In this document: one piece after another, positions 34,078-41,013 of the stretch | Numbering within the stretch: position 1 is the stretch's first letter | How the letters are laid out: each line of letters opens with the position of its first letter | Assembly (NCBI GenBank): GCA_002396665.1 | Contig: DGYJ01000078.1 | Location: forward strand, 1 to 41,013 | DNA from: Bdellovibrionaceae bacterium UBA5009 | GTDB lineage: Bacteria > Bdellovibrionota > Bdellovibrionia > Bdellovibrionales > Bdellovibrionaceae | DNA length: 41,013 nucleotides | Direction of reading: 5' to 3' | Made by a program: the position numbers and the translations under genes | Notes under the pieces: generated by a model | What the model saw: only the letters and a program-made list of their open reading frames with translations | What the model was told of the DNA's origin: nothing | The model's database searches: none

Positions 34078-34839
34078 ATGGGAAAAGGCCAGAACCAATC
34101 ACTGAAAACAGTCTCTCAATTTCATGATCCAGAAGCGCCGTGGATTATTTTGTTCCATGGCTATGGTGCTGATGCCCACGACCTGTCCTCACTTGCCGAT
34201 GTGGTCCCATTGACGAAAACTTGCAATTGGCTTTTCCCCAATGGACCCATCGAAGTTCCGATTGGTCCAGGTTGGACAGGTTCGGCATGGTGGAATTTAG
34301 ACATCGAAAAAATCCAACGCGAGGCCCAAATGGGTTTATCACGCTCAATGAGCGAAGAATCCCCCGCCGAACTTCCCCTGGTGCGTGAAAAAGTTTTCAA
34401 AATGATTTCCGACCTGAAAGTCCCGTGGAATAAAATTATTTTAGGCGGATTCAGTCAGGGCGGAATGCTGGCCACTGACATTGCTTTGCATGCGCCAGAG
34501 CAACCTGCGGGATTGGTGATCTTATCCAGTGGCTTAATCAATAAAAAAATATGGACTGAACAAGCAAACAAAAACAAAATGCTATCCAGCCAAAAATTTG
34601 AATCTGAAATGAATTCAAGTTCAACTGAACAAATTAAGCCTCTGAAATTTTACCAAAGCCATGGCCAACAAGATTCTGTGATTTCAATTAAGAATGCCCA
34701 ACAGATGAACGAATTTTTTCGTGGGACCTGTGGCATGCAAGGAAATTTTCGCCAATTTCAAGGTGGACATGAAATTCCACCTTTGGTCATCCAAGAAATG
34801 GGCGCTTTTATTTCTAATACTATTCTTTTAAATAAATAA
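34078..34839 (+). CDS. phospholipase/carboxylesterase-family alpha/beta hydrolase
   Basis: 253 aa with an AAGGAG RBS. Motifs LFHGYGADAHDL, nucleophile elbow GFSQGG, HGQQDSVI and GGHEI give a Ser-Asp-His triad in the order seen in the Abhydrolase_2 family. It lies on the strand opposite to the flanking dcw genes. Confidence 0.85.
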   Translation: MGKGQNQSLKTVSQFHDPEAPWIILFHGYGADAHDLSSLADVVPLTKTCNWLFPNGPIEVPIGPGWTGSAWWNLDIEKIQREAQMGLSRSMSEESPAELPLVREKVFKMISDLKVPWNKIILGGFSQGGMLATDIALHAPEQPAGLVILSSGLINKKIWTEQANKNKMLSSQKFESEMNSSSTEQIKPLKFYQSHGQQDSVISIKNAQQMNEFFRGTCGMQGNFRQFQGGHEIPPLVIQEMGAFISNTILLNK

Positions 34840-36904
34840 TTAATTTTTTATCAGGGCCGAAGCTTTGGCCCTCGGAAGGCAAAGTCCCAGAAACTCTTCC
34901 CTCTCCGTGGACTTGCAGCTGAATATCTTGCCCTTGCAATCGACGCACAACCTCGCGCAGACTCAAGGATTTTAAATTCGGAACAGTTTCTTGCGTCGGA
35001 ACTTGCAAAGTAATACCTGTGCCATCTGAGTTCACCCCGTCGGAATTTGCTATTGGAGCTCCTGTTACCACAGAAGACTCTGCAGCTTGATTTTGATCAT
35101 TGGATTTCGTCTTCAAACTGACAGGGCGCGAAGAGTATTTTCTACTTTTTGAAGCGGCCACAACATCGGACTGGGCTTTTCTGAACACATCATCATCTTT
35201 GAAAAGTAAATTATTATTTCCCATGATCATTGGGGCCAAGCCCTCTTGACGAACAGCATAGGATGCAAGTCTTGAAAAAACGGGGGCGGCCACTTCAGAT
35301 CCATAGTAAGATTTTTTGGGACTGTCGACCGCTACATAAATTACAAATTTAGGTTTGTGGGCTGGAATAAATCCTGCGAAGCTTGAAACATAGGCCCCAG
35401 GCAAATATCCACGACCAGTGGGATTTACTTTTTGAGCAGTCCCCGTTTTACCACCAACAAGAAAACCATTCACTCGAGCACTGACACCTGTCCCACCATC
35501 GTTGGTGACAGACATTAACATTAAACGCATTTTCTCTGACTCTTCTTCTGTCAAAACTCGGCGCACAACTTGAGCTTTCATTTTTTTCACTTCAGCAGTT
35601 TCGGGATCACGAATAGCTTCAACAAGATAAGGAGCCCGCAATACGCCACCATTCACAAGGGCCGCATAGCCATTGGCCATTTGTAAAGCCGAAGCTGAAA
35701 TCCCATGTCCAAAGGAAATATTACTCAGCAAATGATCTGCCCACGGTAAGGCTTGCACAGATCCTTTGGCTTCACCTGGAAGATCAACACCCATTCGATC
35801 CCCGAAACCAAAATCAATCAAGGATCTGCGAAGCTCTTCGTCACCCAATTGAAAGGCAATTTTTGTAGAACCAATATTCGACGAGTGCGCTAAGATTTCT
35901 GACACAGTTAAAAATCCGAAGGAATGTTTTGCATCGGCTTCTCGAATAATACGTTTACCGATTTTAAACTGACCATTTTCACAAAAATATTTTGTGTTGG
36001 GTTGAAGAATTTTTTTCTTCAATGCCGCTGCAACAACAAAAGACTTCATCGTACTGCCAGGCTCAAAGGCATCGGTCACCGCTTTATTTCGCTTCAAATC
36101 TGCTGCGACTTTGTTCCAACTGTTTGGATCAAATGTGGGCCAAGAGCCCATGGCCCGAATGGCTGAAGTTTCCGCATCCAAAATGACTCCGACCGCAGAG
36201 TGCGCACTCTGTTCTTCAACAGCTCGCTTCAATTCACTTTCTAACGAGTACTGAAGTTCAGAATCAATGGTCAGCTGGATGTCATTTCCGTCTGGATTTT
36301 CTGTAAACAATAATCCTTCAGCAATCAAAGGACGTCCGCGGGCATCACGTTTGACAGTGACCTTTTTCTTGTTCCCTTTCAGGTCAGAATCATATTGATT
36401 TTCTAACCCCTCGAGCCCTTGTCCTTCGTTTCCGACAAATCCCAATGTCTGTGACAACAAATGATCATTTGGATACGTACGCTTCCACTCGTCAACGAAA
36501 GAAAGTCCACGAATAGCTAAAGATTTTATTTTTTCAGCTGATTCTGTTGGTAAAAATCTTTGTATCCAAACAAATCTTCTGTGCTTGTCTTTGATTTTTG
36601 CATAAACAGAATCAGTCGTAAGCCCTAGCTCTTTTGCAATTTTTTTTGCTGCAGATTTTGGAGCTTCAATTAATTTTGGATCGGCATAAATCGAAACCAC
36701 TCGCGAAGACAAAGCTAAATCACGACCTTTGCGATCAATAAAGGCCCCGCGGCGCGCCTGCAATGTCACCACCGTTTGGAATTGTTTATCTTGCAGATTG
36801 GTCAATTTGGATTGGGTTAAAAATTGAAGATCAAAGGCCCGGGCAATTAACAATGTCCAAAGCAAGACAACGGCGCAAAATAAAATAATCAATCGTGATT
36901 TCAA
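34820..36904 (-). CDS. ftsI: class B penicillin-binding protein FtsI (PBP3) with a C-terminal PASTA-like domain
   Basis: 694 aa. TTG start directly after the ftsL stop. N-terminal TM helix, transpeptidase motifs STMK (GSTMKSF), SSN and KTGT (GGKTGTAQ). The C-terminal 55 aa, VPNLKSLSLREVVRRLQGQDIQLQVHGEGRVSGTLPSEG, resemble PASTA. Confidence 0.9.
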   Translation of the reverse strand: MKSRLIILFCAVVLLWTLLIARAFDLQFLTQSKLTNLQDKQFQTVVTLQARRGAFIDRKGRDLALSSRVVSIYADPKLIEAPKSAAKKIAKELGLTTDSVYAKIKDKHRRFVWIQRFLPTESAEKIKSLAIRGLSFVDEWKRTYPNDHLLSQTLGFVGNEGQGLEGLENQYDSDLKGNKKKVTVKRDARGRPLIAEGLLFTENPDGNDIQLTIDSELQYSLESELKRAVEEQSAHSAVGVILDAETSAIRAMGSWPTFDPNSWNKVAADLKRNKAVTDAFEPGSTMKSFVVAAALKKKILQPNTKYFCENGQFKIGKRIIREADAKHSFGFLTVSEILAHSSNIGSTKIAFQLGDEELRRSLIDFGFGDRMGVDLPGEAKGSVQALPWADHLLSNISFGHGISASALQMANGYAALVNGGVLRAPYLVEAIRDPETAEVKKMKAQVVRRVLTEEESEKMRLMLMSVTNDGGTGVSARVNGFLVGGKTGTAQKVNPTGRGYLPGAYVSSFAGFIPAHKPKFVIYVAVDSPKKSYYGSEVAAPVFSRLASYAVRQEGLAPMIMGNNNLLFKDDDVFRKAQSDVVAASKSRKYSSRPVSLKTKSNDQNQAAESSVVTGAPIANSDGVNSDGTGITLQVPTQETVPNLKSLSLREVVRRLQGQDIQLQVHGEGRVSGTLPSEGQSFGPDKKLIIYLKE

Positions 36905-37216
36905 TTACAGTTCCTTTCCAGTATTTGAATTTTCAATTCGACCAGAAAGGTGAATAATTTGATTGGATTGTAATTTTTTAAGAGTCAGTCGACTTTGCGC
37001 CACCTGATCTAAAAGTTGTGGCTTAGTGATTTTGGCCAGCTTAATTTCGTTGTCGCGTTTTTCTTCAAGGGCCGATCGGTGTTCGCGATTCAATTTTAAA
37101 AGGTTGTATCCAAGGCGTCGTTCTTCCATTTGAAAAAATACAATGGCAAGCAAACTGCCAACAACAATCAATACACTACAAAAAGGTTTAAAATGATTTA
37201 GGTTTTCCGAGTTCAT
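36905..37216 (-). CDS. ftsL: cell division protein FtsL-like (bitopic, coiled coil)
   Basis: The internal ATG at 37216 is preceded by AAGGAG at 8 nt. It is 104 aa with one TM helix (FCSVLIVVGSLLAIVFF) followed by a coiled coil. It sits between rsmH and ftsI and overlaps the rsmH 3' end by 29 nt. Confidence 0.55.
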   Translation of the reverse strand: MNSENLNHFKPFCSVLIVVGSLLAIVFFQMEERRLGYNLLKLNREHRSALEEKRDNEIKLAKITKPQLLDQVAQSRLTLKKLQSNQIIHLSGRIENSNTGKEL

Positions 37217-38198
37217 CCTGAACTCTCCTTTCAAATATTCGCAATTTCGCGCTTCGTGCACGAGGGTTTTTTTCATTTTCTTCGTCTGTGGCAATGATCA
37301 CTTTTTTATTCACAGGCTGCCCAAGATCAGAATTTCTAAATAAATTTTTAACGATACGATCTTCCAAAGAATGGAAGGAGATAACAGCTAAGCGGCCTCC
37401 ATTGTTCAAGGCTTTCATCATCACAGGCAATGTATTTTCTAAAACTTCCAATTCATTGTTCACTGCCAAGCGCAAAGCCATAAAGTATTGAGTCGCAGGA
37501 TGAACACCTTTTTTTCGCCAGCCATCGACTCTTTCGATAAGCCCGGCCAATTGATCTGTGGTTTGAAATGCTTTTTCTTTTCGATCATGAACAATGGCAC
37601 GAACAACTCGAAATGGTTTATACACTTCGCCGAACTTTTGAAATAACGCCACTAGGTCTTTTTCATCCCATGTGTTGATAATCATTTCAGCCGTCGTGTA
37701 CTGACTTTGGTTCATTCTCATATCCAATGGACCTGCGTGGTAAAAACTAAAGCCCCGTTCCGCTTGATCTAATTGCGGAGAGCTCACACCCAGATCTAGC
37801 AACATCATATCAAAAGAACCTTGATTTGACTGCGAAAAGTTTGAAAAATTTTCATTCGTAAAAATCAATTCCCCAGACTCGACTTCAGTCTTGAAGTTTT
37901 GGATCGCATAGTCCCGGGCTTGCTGATCTTGATCCATCACATGACTTTTCATTTTTGGATAAAGCATTTTCAAAGCTTTGTAGTGACCACCACGTCCGAA
38001 TGTTCCATCAAAGTACATTGGGTGATTGGAGACTTTATCATGCGAAGAATGTGAAAAAAGATCTCCCCATTTTTCTTCTTCCTCGTACTTCGAGTTGCTT
38101 AAAATTGAAAAACCTTCGAGCACTTCACGCAGAAGCACTGGCTGATGGTCTGGGGATACGCTGATAGTTTTTAAAATTTCATCAATTGTCATGGACAT
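37188..38198 (-). CDS. rsmH: 16S rRNA (cytosine1402-N4)-methyltransferase RsmH (MraW)
   Basis: 336 aa. HQPVLLREV, SAM motif DGTFGRGGH, DLGVSSPQLD, ISFHSLEDR. It is the first gene of the dcw cluster. Confidence 0.95.
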   Translation of the reverse strand: MSMTIDEILKTISVSPDHQPVLLREVLEGFSILSNSKYEEEEKWGDLFSHSSHDKVSNHPMYFDGTFGRGGHYKALKMLYPKMKSHVMDQDQQARDYAIQNFKTEVESGELIFTNENFSNFSQSNQGSFDMMLLDLGVSSPQLDQAERGFSFYHAGPLDMRMNQSQYTTAEMIINTWDEKDLVALFQKFGEVYKPFRVVRAIVHDRKEKAFQTTDQLAGLIERVDGWRKKGVHPATQYFMALRLAVNNELEVLENTLPVMMKALNNGGRLAVISFHSLEDRIVKNLFRNSDLGQPVNKKVIIATDEENEKNPRARSAKLRIFERRVQDELGKPKSF

Positions 38199-38204
38199 AG
38201 ACTC

Positions 38205-38233
38205 ACTAAAAAGGCTTTTTCATTGAGCGTCAA
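38205..38233 (-). promoter_or_regulatory. candidate sigma70-type promoter for rsmH (dcw cluster)
   Basis: On the minus strand, TTGACG (38228-38233), a 17-nt spacer, then TTTAGT (38205-38210). Only 6 nt remain before the ATG at 38198, which implies a leaderless or very short leader. This rests on pattern matching only. Confidence 0.25.
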
Positions 38234-38251
38234 CTCGATTTCTTCTATCAT
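38223..38251 (+). promoter_or_regulatory. candidate sigma70-type promoter for the zinc-ribbon gene
   Basis: TTGAGC (38223-38228), a 17-nt spacer, then TATCAT (38246-38251). The ATG at 38260 is 8 nt downstream with no purine-rich RBS, so the transcript may be leaderless. Confidence 0.3.
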
Positions 38252-38259
38252 CAATTTTG

Positions 38260-39456
38260 ATGGTTCAATGTCCAAAGTGTGGATTCTCTCAACCTAAAGA
38301 TCAGTACTGTGCCCAATGTGGCGTGGATATGTTGGCATTTAAGAGGCCAGAGACTCCTTTCTTGCAAAAATTCCTAAAGAGTAATTTTTTCCATATCATC
38401 TTGGTTGGACTTGTTATCTTCGGGGTGTCCACTCTGATCTCAAAACGTGATAAAGGTGATAACCCCTCTCGTTTGAACTATTTTCGTGGGCAACTTCAGC
38501 TTTCCTCAGACAGTTCTAAGAAAAATCCTAACGCTCAGAACTCTTTAACCAATCCAAGCGACAAAGACCAGAGCTCAGGGGTATCGGTCACTGGGAATAA
38601 TGAATCAACATTGAGCAACGAAAATAGCCAAGTTGCCGACTCTAACTCGATTGAAGGAAGCGAATCCGAGAGTGCTAAATCATTTGCTGGCGATGGAAGC
38701 GGAACTGCCGGTTCAATGGGACAAAATCCAAATTCGAAACCCCTTGGCGACAACGAAGTCCCCGGCCAAAGGCAAATCCAAATCACGTCGAACAAAGACG
38801 GACAGCAATTCTCATTTAAAATCAGCTATTACGAAATGAATAATCGCTTTCTTGAATTGATGATGGAAGACAGTAAGAACACAGGGCAGTTCAATACATA
38901 CGATGGCTACGAAGTCGGCGCTCTTTACCGCTTCCACAAAAGAATCGCCAGCAGCCCGTCCCAAGCTCCGCTCCTTCATTCAGAATCTAAAAAAGTGGCC
39001 GTTGGCCAATCCAGCGAGTGGTTCATTGGACTTAAAAGCAATTTACCCGAAAACAACATTGGTTTTTATCAGTATTTAGATGCCCAGTGGATTGATCGAA
39101 ACCAAGCCCGCATTAATTTCCAGGTCACAAAAAGTTGGCGAGAACCCACTGCTGCTTCCTCGGGCAACCCAGCCAGTGTCGGCGGCAGCCCCGGATCTGG
39201 AGGGGTATCGGTCACCGGCCCGGGTGGTGGTTCCTCCTTCACAGTCCAGAAGGCCTCTTACCCAATGACTATAGAAATTCCAAAGGATGGTGCTTTTTTC
39301 ATAGCGGGGTTACTGAATAACAGCCCAGGAAGCAAAAATCCCTATCAAAATGAAGACTACATTGCCTCAATAGCCCCTTTCGGGATATTAAAGTCCAACC
39401 GATTTCGCAGGGGCGAAACACAACTCGTGATCGTCGTCGAACTCGAAAAAAATTAA
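38260..39456 (+). CDS. zinc-ribbon membrane protein with low-complexity linker, unknown function
   Basis: N-terminal CPKCG...CAQCG double CxxC, one TM helix (FFHIILVGLVIFGVSTLI), a Ser/Asn/Gly-rich region, and a C-terminal globular part. The track start (TTG at 38257) is one codon upstream of the ATG. Confidence 0.6.
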   Translation: MVQCPKCGFSQPKDQYCAQCGVDMLAFKRPETPFLQKFLKSNFFHIILVGLVIFGVSTLISKRDKGDNPSRLNYFRGQLQLSSDSSKKNPNAQNSLTNPSDKDQSSGVSVTGNNESTLSNENSQVADSNSIEGSESESAKSFAGDGSGTAGSMGQNPNSKPLGDNEVPGQRQIQITSNKDGQQFSFKISYYEMNNRFLELMMEDSKNTGQFNTYDGYEVGALYRFHKRIASSPSQAPLLHSESKKVAVGQSSEWFIGLKSNLPENNIGFYQYLDAQWIDRNQARINFQVTKSWREPTAASSGNPASVGGSPGSGGVSVTGPGGGSSFTVQKASYPMTIEIPKDGAFFIAGLLNNSPGSKNPYQNEDYIASIAPFGILKSNRFRRGETQLVIVVELEKN

Positions 39457-39525
39457 GGCTATTGAATTCGGAATCCACAATCCTGACCACAACCGAATCA
39501 GTCGCTAACAGAAGAGGCATCGTAT

Positions 39526-40311
39526 ATGTTTAAACTTGAACAAGAACACCACTACGGTTCAAAAGTGCATCTGATTAAAAATCCTTTTCTGTCTGGAGTC
39601 CTTGCAAAACTTTGCTCGGAACAAACTGTGCAACCAGAAATCAATCGACTGGTTGAGCTTCTTTATACGCACTTGATTTCCTGGGCCGTGAATCAGGAAT
39701 TCACTCCAGAAAATTTCACCCAACCCACACGAATGACCGCCGCACATCCCGAAGCCCAACTGAACAGTTACCGAGTTGCGCAGAATCAAAAAGCAGTTTG
39801 TGTGAACTTGGCGCGCGCAGGAACATACCCAAGCCACATTTGCTACGACTTTCTTCATTATGCATTACCCGCTGGTCAAATTCGCCAGGACCATATTTTT
39901 GCGGCACGCATAACAAATGATCAGGATCAGGTGACCGGTACCAATTTTGGAGCATCAAAAATTGGCGGAGATGTCGAGGATGCCTTTGTCATCTTTCCGG
40001 ACCCCATGGGGGCCACGGGGCACACCATTATATCTGCCATTGACCATTACAAAAAAAATGTCCAAGGAAATCCTCGAAAACTTTTAGCCCTCCATTTGAT
40101 AGTGACACCTGAGTATTTGCGTAACGTAACAACGGCCCATCCAGATGTCTTGATCTATGCTTTAAGGCTTGACCGAGGTCTTTCACCTAAGGCAGTTTTA
40201 GATTCACCTTTGGGACTGCACTGGGATCAAGAAAAGGGATTGAATTCGAAACAGTACATTGTTCCTGGTGGCGGTGGCTTTGGCGAAATCATGAACAATT
40301 CTTTTGTTTAG
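39526..40311 (+). CDS. uracil phosphoribosyltransferase-family protein (divergent)
   Basis: 261 aa. LARAG, the PRPP-binding motif FPDPMGATGHT, and C-terminal YIVPGGGGFGE in place of the canonical YIxPGLGDAGD. It is longer than the usual Upp of about 208 aa. Confidence 0.75.
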   Translation: MFKLEQEHHYGSKVHLIKNPFLSGVLAKLCSEQTVQPEINRLVELLYTHLISWAVNQEFTPENFTQPTRMTAAHPEAQLNSYRVAQNQKAVCVNLARAGTYPSHICYDFLHYALPAGQIRQDHIFAARITNDQDQVTGTNFGASKIGGDVEDAFVIFPDPMGATGHTIISAIDHYKKNVQGNPRKLLALHLIVTPEYLRNVTTAHPDVLIYALRLDRGLSPKAVLDSPLGLHWDQEKGLNSKQYIVPGGGGFGEIMNNSFV

Positions 40312-40385
40312 ATTTAAGTCGCAGCAACGAATAATGAATTTGTAATTTAGAATTCGCCTAAACATTTTTTTCGTTTTGGAATTTG

Positions 40386-40425
40386 TTTGTAAGAATGTAT
40401 TTGTAAGAATTTGTTTCGTAAGAAT
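40386..40425 (+). promoter_or_regulatory. three direct repeats TTTGTAAGAAT / TTTGTAAGAAT / TTTCGTAAGAAT upstream of hpt
   Basis: Copies at 40386-40396, 40400-40410 and 40414-40425 (period 14 bp), ending 35 nt before the hpt ATG. The function is unknown; it could be an operator or promoter element. Confidence 0.45.
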
Positions 40426-40459
40426 TTGCGCCATTGAGTGCAATAAATAAGGAGTACAC

Positions 40460-40987
40460 ATGACTCATTTAGATATCAAACCCTACATCACCGAAGAGCA
40501 ATTGCAAAAAAAGATCACCGAAATGGGTGAAGCTTTAACAAAAAAATTCAAAGGTAAAAAAGTTGTAGCAGTTTGCGTTCTGAAGGGTTCGTTCATGTTT
40601 TACTCTGACCTTATTCGCCAAATCCAGACGGACTTAACTTGCGAATTTTTCGGAGTTTCTAGCTATCACGGGACTTCTTCTTCAGGGGAAGTCAAAGTGA
40701 CTTTGGATCTTGCTAAGCCTGTAGAAGGAATGCACGTTCTGCTTGTCGAAGACATTGTCGACACTGGTCTGACGATGAACTATTTAAAAAATTCTATTTT
40801 GGCCCGTAAACCTGCAAGCCTGACAACTGTTGCGCTTCTTGAAAAACCTGATGCTTTGAAAGTGCCTTGCGAACTTGATCATGTCGGATTCAAAATCTCG
40901 AACGAGTTTGTTGTCGGTTACGGCTTAGATTACGAAGGCTTCTATCGTAACTTGCCATTCATTGGACAAGTTCAAAACTTTCAATAA
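40460..40987 (+). CDS. hpt: hypoxanthine(-guanine) phosphoribosyltransferase
   Basis: 175 aa with an AAGGAG RBS. PRPP motif VLLVEDIVDTGLT, plus KGSFMF and VVGYGLDY, which are typical of Hpt. Confidence 0.9.
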   Translation: MTHLDIKPYITEEQLQKKITEMGEALTKKFKGKKVVAVCVLKGSFMFYSDLIRQIQTDLTCEFFGVSSYHGTSSSGEVKVTLDLAKPVEGMHVLLVEDIVDTGLTMNYLKNSILARKPASLTTVALLEKPDALKVPCELDHVGFKISNEFVVGYGLDYEGFYRNLPFIGQVQNFQ

Positions 40988-41013
40988 AGCGCATTGATTG
41001 CGATCTTGTCGTC

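Noticed and set aside
37217-37294. Upstream extension of the ftsL ORF (MPQTKKMKK...)
   Set aside because: It lies entirely inside rsmH coding sequence. The internal ATG at 37216 has AAGGAG at proper spacing and yields the usual short cytoplasmic tail, TM helix and coiled coil.
38199-38259. Hidden mraZ upstream of rsmH
   Set aside because: The gap is only about 60 bp and no ORF is present. The next gene is divergent and encodes a zinc-ribbon membrane protein unrelated to MraZ (no DXXXR repeats).
40312-40459. Purine riboswitch upstream of hpt
   Set aside because: I could not find the conserved purine-aptamer junction or loop sequences, or a three-way junction. Only the short direct repeats reported above are present.

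Overview
This is a 41 kb chromosomal window from a moderately AT-rich Gram-negative genome. The gene content, the many exported peptidases and outer-membrane proteins (OMPs), and the dcw layout look Bdellovibrio-like, but that is a taxonomic guess only. All calls come from reading motifs in the supplied translations and the DNA by eye; no searches were run.

Layout:
- Left third, mostly + strand: a Hanks-type Ser/Thr kinase with a PEGA ectodomain, an acyl-CoA synthetase, a minus-strand AMIN-like/OMP pair, an odd Asn/Tyr/Cys-rich lipoprotein, an M3 peptidase, and nadK-recN.
- Middle: a 2.1 kb repeat-dense, almost non-coding island (10883-13014). Its only gene is an HUH/Y1 (RAYT/IS200-like) transposase-family ORF, and it carries at least six distinct tandem or direct repeat families. 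I consider this the most unusual locus in the window.
- After the island: secreted-protein genes, an exported oligopeptidase B, a NUDIX hydrolase and an OMP.
- Right half, - strand: a division/cell-wall (dcw) cluster, rsmH-ftsL-ftsI-[esterase on the opposite strand]-murE-murF-mraY-murD-[small lipoprotein]-ftsW-murG-murC-murB-ftsQ-ftsA-ftsZ-lpxH. It lacks mraZ and ddl.
- Right end: a zinc-ribbon membrane protein, a divergent UPRT-like gene and hpt.

No rRNA, tRNA or CRISPR array was recognised.
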